Origin: an uncultured virus (IMG/VR IMGVR_UViG_3300044987_000436)
Taxonomy: Duplodnaviria; Heunggongvirae; Uroviricota; Caudoviricetes
Direction: 5' to 3' (one strand)
IMG/VR virus record: IMGVR_UViG_3300044987_000436
DNA length: 20,000 nucleotides
Made by a program: the position numbers and the translations under genes. This document shows, in pieces, positions 6,640 to 14,800 of the stretch (its first letter is position 1; every line of letters begins with the position of its first letter). The notes under the pieces were generated by a model. It did no database searches and was not told where the DNA came from. It saw only the letters and a list, made by a program, of their open reading frames with translations.

Positions 6640-6915
6640 ATGATGGCAAGCCGAGGCATGGGGGCAATCTCCCCCAGTAAGATGCCCGGCGGCAAAAAGA
6701 AAGCCCGTCGTGATGACACTGACTTCACCCAGTTCAAAGAGGGTGGTAAGGTCAACGCGGCGGGTAACTACACGAAGCCAAGTCTTCGCAAGAAGATACT
6801 GAGCCAAGTCAAAGCCGCCGCGACTCAGGGTACGGGAGCTGGAAAATGGTCAGCCCGTAAAGCGCAGCTTGTGGCCAAGAAATATAAAGCCGCAGGCGGC
6901 GGGTACAGGGACTAA
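6640..6915 (+). CDS. small basic protein with a YTKP.LR...WSARKAQL...YK..GGGY domain
   Basis: Starts directly after the upstream stop; AAAGGA upstream; recognisable conserved motif. Confidence 0.75.
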   Translation: MMASRGMGAISPSKMPGGKKKARRDDTDFTQFKEGGKVNAAGNYTKPSLRKKILSQVKAAATQGTGAGKWSARKAQLVAKKYKAAGGGYRD

Positions 6916-6916
6916 A

Positions 6917-7150
6917 GTGAAAGCGCCGCAGAAATCCCTCAAGGACTGGGGCGACCAGAAGTGGCGCACCAAGTCTGGCAAACCGTCTTCCAAGACGGGG
7001 GAGCGGTATTTGCCCGAGAAAGCCATACAATCACTCAGCCCTGCCGAGTACGCTGCAACCACAAAGGCCAAGCGTGCCGGTAAAGCAGCAGGCAAGCAGT
7101 TCGTGGCGCAGCCCAAGCGTATCGCAAAGAAAACAGCAGGGTTCAGATAA
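6917..7150 (+). CDS. small basic protein (DUF5872-like), 77 aa
   Basis: GTG 6917 one base after the upstream stop; QKSLKDW..QKWRTKSGK....GERYLP.KA...LS..E...T...KR......KQFV.QP. DUF assignment is from memory. Confidence 0.7.
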   Translation: MKAPQKSLKDWGDQKWRTKSGKPSSKTGERYLPEKAIQSLSPAEYAATTKAKRAGKAAGKQFVAQPKRIAKKTAGFR

Positions 7151-7851
7151 TGGCAACTTCCGGCACCGCAGCATTCAACCTTGACCTGACAGAACTGGTC
7201 GAGGAGGCGTTCGAGCGCGTCGGTAGCGAGTTGCGTACGGGCTATGACTTAAAAACTGCACGGCGTTCCCTGAACCTGTTGTTCGCTGATTGGGCCAACC
7301 GTGGCGTGAACATGTGGACGTTCGAGCAGGGCTCCATCACGATGGTTCCGGGCACAGCTACATACAACCTACCGTCAGACACCGTTGACCTTCTGGAACA
7401 CGTCATCCGCACGGGAGCAGGTAACGCAGCCACACAGGCCGACCTGACCATCACGCGTATCAGCGTCTCCACCTACGCCACCATCCCCAATAAGCTGGCC
7501 CAAGCCCGTCCGATTCAGGTCTGGATTGAGCGTCTTCAGGAGACTCCGCGCATTACCGTGTGGCCCATCCCCGATGCCAGCCAGACCTACACGTTCGTGT
7601 ACTGGCGTATGCGCCGCATTGATGATGCTGGTAGCGGTGTGAATACGATGGACGTTCCGTTCCGGTTTATTCCCTGCATGGTGGCGGGACTGGCCTACTA
7701 CTTGGCCATGAAGGTTCCCGGTGGCGTAGAGCGTCTGGGCATTTTGAAAGAGCAGTACGATACGGCGTGGCAGTTGGCCGCTGACGAAGACCGCGAGAAG
7801 GCGTCTGTACGTTTCGTGCCACGTCAGATGTTCATTGGAAGCGGTACGTAA
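7150..7851 (+). CDS. head-to-tail adaptor-like protein (P22 gp4 / T7 gp11-like)
   Basis: TAATG coupling; helical N-terminus (LVEEAFER...ARRSLNLLFADWANRG), beta middle, helical C-terminus (CMVAGLAYYLA), which is a typical adaptor layout. Confidence 0.65.
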   Translation: MATSGTAAFNLDLTELVEEAFERVGSELRTGYDLKTARRSLNLLFADWANRGVNMWTFEQGSITMVPGTATYNLPSDTVDLLEHVIRTGAGNAATQADLTITRISVSTYATIPNKLAQARPIQVWIERLQETPRITVWPIPDASQTYTFVYWRMRRIDDAGSGVNTMDVPFRFIPCMVAGLAYYLAMKVPGGVERLGILKEQYDTAWQLAADEDREKASVRFVPRQMFIGSGT

Positions 7852-8244
7852 GTGGGAAACCGTTTCTCCTCTGGCAAGAACTCGATTGCCGAGTGTGATC
7901 GGTGCGGGTTTCGGTTCAAGCTGACTTCCCTGCGGAAAGAGACCGTCAAGACGAAGATACGCGAGATTCTGGTGTGCAGCAGTTGCTGGGACCCGGATCA
8001 ACCGCAGTTGATGTTGGGCATGTATCCGGTAGATGACCCGCAGGCGGTTCGTGATCCCCGCCCAGACCGCAGCTACGTGGCCTCTGGCCTGTTGGCGGAT
8101 GGTTACCAAGGGCAGGGTAGCCGGAACATCCAGTGGGGCTGGAATCCGGTCGGAGGTTCTCGGTTTTTTGATGACGCACTGACGCCAAACCTCTTGGCTT
8201 TAGGCGTGCAAGTTGGTACAGTCAGTATACAAATTGGAGCGTAA
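7852..8244 (+). CDS. hypothetical protein with CxxC...CxxC putative Zn ribbon
   Basis: GTG directly after the upstream stop; ECDRCGF ... VCSSCWDPDQPQL ... DPQAVRDPRPD. Confidence 0.75.
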   Translation: MGNRFSSGKNSIAECDRCGFRFKLTSLRKETVKTKIREILVCSSCWDPDQPQLMLGMYPVDDPQAVRDPRPDRSYVASGLLADGYQGQGSRNIQWGWNPVGGSRFFDDALTPNLLALGVQVGTVSIQIGA

Positions 8245-8245
8245 A

Positions 8246-8434
8246 ATGGCATTCAAATCAGCAGCAGACGGCATAGCCTCCAAAGGCAAGACCAAGGGCA
8301 AGAATCTGGGCGACAGCGGCCCCTCCGTAGCCATTCAAAAAGGTGGCAAGGGCGGTAACGGTGGCAAGACCAACGAAGAGATGCTCAAACTGGGCCGTGG
8401 TCTGGCCAAGGTCGCAAACCAAAAGCGAGGTTAA
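8246..8434 (+). CDS. small basic protein (62 aa)
   Basis: GGAG SD, ATG 8246; MAFKSAADGIASKGKTKGKNLG. Confidence 0.75.
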   Translation: MAFKSAADGIASKGKTKGKNLGDSGPSVAIQKGGKGGNGGKTNEEMLKLGRGLAKVANQKRG

Positions 8435-8436
8435 TC

Positions 8437-8682
8437 ATGGCTACAAAGAACAACTTGTCGGCTGCGTCCTACGCCAAGCCCCACACCATGTCAGGTAAAC
8501 CCGTGACTGTGGAAGCCAATCCGGGTAAGCTGCCAAACCGCAGCAAGCTCGATACCGTTGACGCAACTGTGGGCAACATCAGCAAGTCCGCCGGTAGCGA
8601 GACAACCAAAACTGCGGGCACTGTGACTCGCGGTAACGGCTGCGCTACCAAGGGCATCACCGCCCGTGGGCCAATGGCATAA
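8437..8682 (+). CDS. small basic protein (81 aa)
   Basis: GAGG SD; C-terminal TRGNGCATKGITARGPMA. Confidence 0.75.
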   Translation: MATKNNLSAASYAKPHTMSGKPVTVEANPGKLPNRSKLDTVDATVGNISKSAGSETTKTAGTVTRGNGCATKGITARGPMA

Positions 8683-8695
8683 CTAGGGTTTACCC

Positions 8696-9409
8696 GTGAA
8701 CTATACGCAGCTCGTCGCGGCCATTGAGTCGTACACGGAGAACCAGTTCCCAGTCACGTACTTGGCGGACGGCTCTACCGTGTCCAGCACACAGCAGATT
8801 AACCGTCTGATTGAGCAGGCCGAGCAGCGTATATACAACTCGGTGCAGTTCCCGTCGATTCGCAAGAATGTGACCGGCAGCATCACGGCCAACAACAAGT
8901 ATTTGGCTTGCCCAAACGACTTTCTGGCGGTGTATTCCATTGCGGTAATTGACTCGCTGGGTGTGTATGAGTTCTTGCTGAACAAAGATGTGAACTTCAT
9001 CCGCCAAGCATATCCCCAGCCAACAGATACGGCGCAGCCCAAGTATTACGCATTGTTCGGGTCGCAGACCAACGACCCAAATGAGTTGACGTTCATCCTT
9101 GGCCCCACACCGAACCTAACGTATGGTGTTGAGCTTCACTATTACTACTACCCTGAGTCAATTACAACTGTTGCCTCTGGTCAGACATGGCTGGGCGATA
9201 ACTTTGACTCTGTGCTGCTGTATGGCAGCTTGGTCGAGGCGTACACGTACATGAAGGGTGAAGCTGACCTTGTTACGCTGTACAACACCAAGTACAACGA
9301 AGCCCTTGCTCTGGCTAAACGACTTGGTGATGGACTTGAGCGGTCCGACAGTTATAGAAGCGGGCAATACCGTGCTCCGCCTTTGCCCCGAAACAATGGG
9401 GTCGCGTAA
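8696..9409 (+). CDS. second adaptor/connector-like virion protein
   Basis: GTG start; MNYTQLVAAIESYTEN..IEQAEQRIYN ... PKYYA ... GPTP ... LLYGSLVEAYTYMKG; helix-beta-helix adaptor layout. Confidence 0.65.
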   Translation: MNYTQLVAAIESYTENQFPVTYLADGSTVSSTQQINRLIEQAEQRIYNSVQFPSIRKNVTGSITANNKYLACPNDFLAVYSIAVIDSLGVYEFLLNKDVNFIRQAYPQPTDTAQPKYYALFGSQTNDPNELTFILGPTPNLTYGVELHYYYYPESITTVASGQTWLGDNFDSVLLYGSLVEAYTYMKGEADLVTLYNTKYNEALALAKRLGDGLERSDSYRSGQYRAPPLPRNNGVA

Positions 9410-10038
9410 TGGTAAGGCACAATCGCCAAGCAGCCAAAGCCTTAGGACTACCCAAGTGTTACGGCTCTCCCTGCCATAAACACCCAGAGCTTGAGGGCTT
9501 TCGTCGAGTGTCCGGCGCATGTGTTGCCTGTGCCAAGCAAAATCTGCAAAACAGTCGAGCGGCAAATTTAGAACGTACAAAAGTGCAACAGGATAAGGAC
9601 CGCATCAAGCTGTTGCAAAACCCAGTTTATGTTGCTAAGAAACGCATTAGTGATACTGCCTACCGAGCCGCAAACAAGGCGCAATGCCGTGCAGTTATCG
9701 AGGCATGGAGCGCACGCAACCCCGAAAAGGTAAAAGCGTACGCAAAGAAGACCAAAGCGTTTAACTCTGGTCGTGTGCTTGCACACACTGTAAAACGCCG
9801 CTTGGCAAAAATAAAGCGCACCCCCGTGTGGCTAACATCAGATGACCACTGGATGATTGAGCAAGCATACGAGTTGGCCGCAGTCCGTACCAAAATGTTT
9901 GGTTTTGCTTGGCACGTTGACCATATCGTCCCGTTGCAAGGTAAACTCGTCTCAGGACTTCACGCCCCCAATAACTTGCGTGTCATACCCGGCGCTGAGA
10001 ATATACGGAAGTCCAACCACTTTCAGGTAGCTACATGA
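9409..10038 (+). CDS. free-standing HNH (homing) endonuclease
   Basis: C-terminal WHVDHIVPLQGKLVSGLHAPNNLRVIPGAENIRKSN (HNH motif); N-terminal Cys/His cluster (PCHKH..CVAC); basic helical linker. Confidence 0.88.
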   Translation: MVRHNRQAAKALGLPKCYGSPCHKHPELEGFRRVSGACVACAKQNLQNSRAANLERTKVQQDKDRIKLLQNPVYVAKKRISDTAYRAANKAQCRAVIEAWSARNPEKVKAYAKKTKAFNSGRVLAHTVKRRLAKIKRTPVWLTSDDHWMIEQAYELAAVRTKMFGFAWHVDHIVPLQGKLVSGLHAPNNLRVIPGAENIRKSNHFQVAT

Positions 10039-10481
10039 CCATCGCACAAACAGCAACGACCAGCTTTAAAATTGAACTGCTTCAGGCAGTTCATAGCTTT
10101 GGCCCCACGTCCCCTGACACGTACAAGATCGCGCTTTACACGGCGCTGTCAACGATTGGTCCCGGCACTACTGTATATACAACAACGGCTGAAGTTGTCG
10201 GTACGGGCTACACGGCTGGGGGTAACACACTTGTAATCTCTACAAGCCCTACGTCTGGCAACAACAACCTTGGAGTTCCCACTGCCTTCATCAGCTTTGC
10301 CAACTCATCTTGGCCTGCCTCGACATTTACAGCCCGTGGTGCATTGATCTACAACAGCACTGAAAGCAACAAATCTGTAGCGGTGCTGGATTTCGGCGCG
10401 GATAAGACCGTTTCTAACGACACGTTCCAAATCATTTTCCCAACCGCCGATGCCACCAGCGCAATCGTGCGAATCAGCTAA
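10035..10481 (+). CDS. conserved tail/virion structural protein
   Basis: ATGA overlap; TSFKIELL ... KIALYT ... GTGYTAGG ... TARGALIYN ... AVLDFG.DKT motifs. Confidence 0.7.
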   Translation: MTIAQTATTSFKIELLQAVHSFGPTSPDTYKIALYTALSTIGPGTTVYTTTAEVVGTGYTAGGNTLVISTSPTSGNNNLGVPTAFISFANSSWPASTFTARGALIYNSTESNKSVAVLDFGADKTVSNDTFQIIFPTADATSAIVRIS

Positions 10482-10493
10482 ACAGGAGCTTAC

Positions 10494-11066
10494 ATGCCAA
10501 TCGAAAACAGCCAAACTCAAGATGCCGTGCAAGCAGGCATGATCGCCAACAAAGCGTCAACTGAGCAAATGGGGGCCGGTGGCGTATACACCGTTGAGTG
10601 CGTCGGCGCTGACGGCCAAGTCAAATGGACCGACACGTTCCACAACCTCGTGATGAACGAAGGCGTGCAGGACATGAACGCCAAGTACTTTAAAGGCGCT
10701 ACGTACACAGCCTCGCCCTTTCTTGGTCTTGTCACTGGCCCCGGCTCGGGAACTACATTTGCCGCAACAGACACGTTAGCATCCCATATTGGCTGGACTG
10801 AGAGCACGGATTACGCAGGCGCACGCAAAGCAGTCACGTTTGGCACGGCTACAACAGCTAATCCATCAGTTATATCTAACTCTGCGTCCCCATCGTCGTT
10901 TGCCATGAACGCCACAGTTATTGTTGGCGGTGCCTTCCTGTGTACAGTGTCGAGTGGTACGTCCGGCATCTTGTTTTCCGCTGGTGACTTTACGGGCGGC
11001 GACAAGCTCGTAGACAGCGGCGATACACTGAATGTCACATACACTTTTTCGCTGACTGCTACTTAA
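10494..11066 (+). CDS. tail/virion structural protein
   Basis: AGGAG SD; NLVMNEG ... LFSAGDF ... SGDTLNVTYTFSL beta-sandwich-type motifs. Confidence 0.7.
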   Translation: MPIENSQTQDAVQAGMIANKASTEQMGAGGVYTVECVGADGQVKWTDTFHNLVMNEGVQDMNAKYFKGATYTASPFLGLVTGPGSGTTFAATDTLASHIGWTESTDYAGARKAVTFGTATTANPSVISNSASPSSFAMNATVIVGGAFLCTVSSGTSGILFSAGDFTGGDKLVDSGDTLNVTYTFSLTAT

Positions 11067-11077
11067 AAGGCGGCTAG

Positions 11078-11803
11078 GTGTTTGGTGATGCAGCTTTTGC
11101 TCAAGCTCCTTTCGCCGCACTTGGCGCGAGTGGTATTGCCTATGACGTAGAGGTAGCCGAGACGGGGACCGTGATATCGGATTCTGCTTTGGCAGCAACG
11201 TTTTTTGTAGCTACGAATACCGAAAGTAGCTCTGGTGTAGCCGCAGTTAACACGATCAACAACATCTTCAATAGCCTACTTTCTGGGGCGGCATCTACGG
11301 CGTCCACTCAGGCGGTACAGGTAGATTTTGCAGGGTTAATAGCAGAGGCGGCTTCCACCCAAGCAGCCCAGACGGTTATTGCAACGATGTTGGCAAACGC
11401 ATCTGAGAGCGTTACAGCACTTGCTACACCTACAGCTAACTCGGTAGTTTTTGCAAGTATTTTGGAAGCAGTTTCAGGGGCAGACGCAAATATTGGAACG
11501 AGAACCTTCCTTGTCGGTATAACCGAAGCGGCTTCCGGGGGGAGTGTTGTATCAACCAGCGCGGTCTTTGTCGGAACAGTAGCGGAAATGGCTTCCGCAG
11601 TCTCTGCGCTGACGGTTTTGCGAGAAGCTAACGTATACCCTAACGGAGTTCAGCTTTACGTTTACATCGGCGGCGTGCTTGTTTGGGCAACAATCAACGA
11701 CAGTCAGACGCCAAACTGGCAAAATATAGGCAGTACGCAGACCCCCGGCTGGAGCGTTGTAGTGGACACGCAGGCTCCCGGCTGGACCATCCTGCCATCG
11801 TAA
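11078..11803 (+). CDS. repeat-containing tail-associated protein
   Basis: GTG start, MFGDAAFAQAPFA N-terminal motif; 20-aa periodic Ala/Ser/Thr-rich core; 11-aa Trp repeats at the C-terminus. Confidence 0.7.
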   Translation: MFGDAAFAQAPFAALGASGIAYDVEVAETGTVISDSALAATFFVATNTESSSGVAAVNTINNIFNSLLSGAASTASTQAVQVDFAGLIAEAASTQAAQTVIATMLANASESVTALATPTANSVVFASILEAVSGADANIGTRTFLVGITEAASGGSVVSTSAVFVGTVAEMASAVSALTVLREANVYPNGVQLYVYIGGVLVWATINDSQTPNWQNIGSTQTPGWSVVVDTQAPGWTILPS

Positions 11804-11812
11804 GGAACAAAA

Positions 11813-14800
11813 ATGGCTTTAGTTGTAAAAGATCGCGTACAAGAAACCACGACTGTAGTCGGCACGGGGACAATGACTCTTGACGGTGCAGTCCTTGGCT
11901 TCCAAACATTCGCCATCATAGGTAACAGCAACACAACATACTACGCAGTTGCAGACGCCATCACAGGGGACTGGGAAGTTGGCATTGGTACGTACACTTT
12001 GTCTGGGACTACGCTGTCTCGTACAACGGTATTGGAGTCCAGCAACGCTGGGGCGCTGGTTAACTTTGCCGCAGGCAGCAAGAACGTATTCTGTACGTAC
12101 CCAGCAGAGCGTTCGGTGTACTTGGACTCAGCAGGTTCTTACCCTGTACAGAGCACATTCAACGCTATTACAGCCGCATCCATTGCACTGACTACTGGAA
12201 CCATTACCACAGCACCAGCCGTTAGCGATGACATAGCAAATAAATTCTATGTGGACTCTATTGCGGCGCTGGGTATTGTCTACCATGAGCCTGTTTTTGT
12301 AGAGTCTCCAGTTGCTGCGGGTAATCTGAATGCCACGTACAACCAGCCGGGCGGCGCAGGAGACGGAGTTGGGGCCACGCTGACCAACGCAGGAACGCAA
12401 GTTGCGTTGACTATTGACGGGGTGTTGATGACTACGGGTAAGCGGGTGCTGATTCACAACCAGACCAGCGCATTCCAGAACGGCGTTTACACGGTTACGA
12501 CTGTCGGCACTGTCTCAACTAACTGGGTTTTGACTCGGGCAACGGACGCAGACACTTACGCGGTTAATAGCCCTGACTCATTGGGTCAGGGGGATGCGTT
12601 CTATGTCCAAGCAGGCGATACGGGCGCTAGTAACCTGTATGCTGTAAACACTGTTGGGACTATCACGTTTGGCACGACTGCCATTACGTTCGCGCTTATT
12701 AGCGCGGCTTTCCCATACCTTGCGGGTACGGGTCTGAACCTGAGTCCAGCCACTACGTTCAACATCTCCAATGTTGGCACAGCAGGCACGTATGGCTCCT
12801 CGTCCAACGTCCCTGTATTCGTCACCAACGCGCAGGGTCAGGTAACGAGCGTCACGAACACGGGCATCGCCATCACATCTGCGGCAGTCTCTGGGCTTGC
12901 AGCATCAGCTACAACAGACACAACCAACGCAGCCAACATAACCACTGGCACACTTCCAGCAGGTCGTATTGCAGGCACGTATAGCAACCTCACAGGTACG
13001 GGCGCACTGGCAGCGGGTTCGTTGGCAACAGGGTTCACGGCAGTCTCCGCCCCACTGGGCGGCACAGGCTTAAGTTCCTACACCATCGGCGACCTGATTT
13101 ACGCAGACACATCAACCTCCTTTGCCAAACTGGCTGACGTAGCTGTAGGTAATGCCTTGATTTCTGGCGGTGTCGGCTCGGCCCCAAGCTGGGGCAAGAT
13201 TGGCGCAGCTACTCACATTGACGGTACGCTGCCCGTACTCAATGGCGGCACAAGTCTGACGAGTCTGACGGCTAATAATGTCATCTTGGGCAACGGCACA
13301 GGCGCACCGCTGTTTGTATCTCCGGCTACATCGGGTAATGTGCTTACTGCTAACGGCACAACTTGGATATCGGCACCAGCAGGTGGTGGTGGGGGCCTGA
13401 CGTACGTCTACAAAACAGCCAACTACACCGCCGCAAGCAACGAAGGCGTGCTCTGTGACACCTTGGCTGGCGCTTTTACGGTAACGCTGCCCGCTACACC
13501 CGCTGTAGGTGTTCAAGTAATAGTTGCGGATGCTGGTGGTGCTTGGGGTACGAATAACCTCACTGTGGACCGCAATGGCTCGCTTATCGCTGGCCTAGCC
13601 GAAAATCTGGTCTGTGACATTGCAAGCGTAAGTGTCCAGCTTGTTTACGATGGCACGAGTTGGGAAGTCTACGCGCAGATTGGCGTTAACGGTGGCACAC
13701 TGGTAACGCTCAATGATATTCAGACACTGACGAATAAAGACCTGACTTCGGCGACCAACACTTTCCCGACGAGCTTGGCTACTCTTGTCGGCGCACAGAC
13801 ATTAACAAACAAGACTATTGCCTTTGCAAATAACACCTTGACTGGTGTGCAAGCCGAACTGGTCTCCGGCAGTAACATTAAGACGATAAACGGCACGACC
13901 CTGCTCGGCGCAGGCGATTTAGTTGTGGCGTCAGGTATCCTCACCATCAACAATAAAGTTGCCGCCTATACCGTAGTTGCTGGCGATCTGGGTAAGGTTA
14001 TCAACTGCACCAGCGGCACGTTCACGGTATCGCTGACGGCTGCGGCCACGCTTGGGGCTGGGTTTAATGTTACGATTTGGAATACTAGTGCAACCTCAAC
14101 TGATGTAATTACTATTGACGCATTTGCGTCGGAAACAATTGACGGTTTGCAAGCGGTAATTCTTCGCCGTGGCGAAGGTATGGAGATTGTTTCTGACGGC
14201 TCAAACTGGCAGACGGGTAACAAAAAGGTAATGCGGGCATACGCGGAAAATATGCTTAGTACTGCCTTTAGACCAACAGCTTCTGGAAACGGGGCACTAG
14301 CTATAAGCTCAGGCGGACTTACATCCATCGCCTCTAATTCTGGCGCTATAAATATTGGCGGAGGTACTTCGTCTGGAACAAATTCACTTGGCATTTTAGG
14401 AAGCCCCTCCGGTACCAATAGCACGGCTATTGGACTTAACAACGGTTCTCAGTATGCCGTCGCTACCGGCTCCGGCGCAGTGTCTCTTGGCGGCTCTTAC
14501 GCATCTGGTACGGATACGTTTGCTGCTGTTATTGGAACCAGCTCAAGCTCTTACGGAACTTCGAACTCACTCGCTATTGCAATGGGCTATATTGCAAAGG
14601 CTGCATATGCTAGCGTTGCCATTGGGGCAAGAGCAGTAGCCTCCGTATCTAACTCGATATCTATTTGTAGTAGTTATTCAAGTTTTGGAAATGTGTCTTC
14701 TGGATTTAATTCAATTACTTTAGGGGATGGCAACGCTGCAGCCGGTACAAGCTCTGTTGCATGGGGGTTCGGGGCAAATGCCAGATATATTAATGGAAAA

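Noticed and set aside
7375..8109. 244-aa minus-strand ORF, and the many other minus-strand ORFs in the track
   Set aside because: All lie fully opposite well-supported, coupled + strand genes and have implausible composition.
9409..10038. Group I intron around the HNH gene
   Set aside because: The HNH ORF overlaps intact flanking genes with no non-coding space for an intron core.
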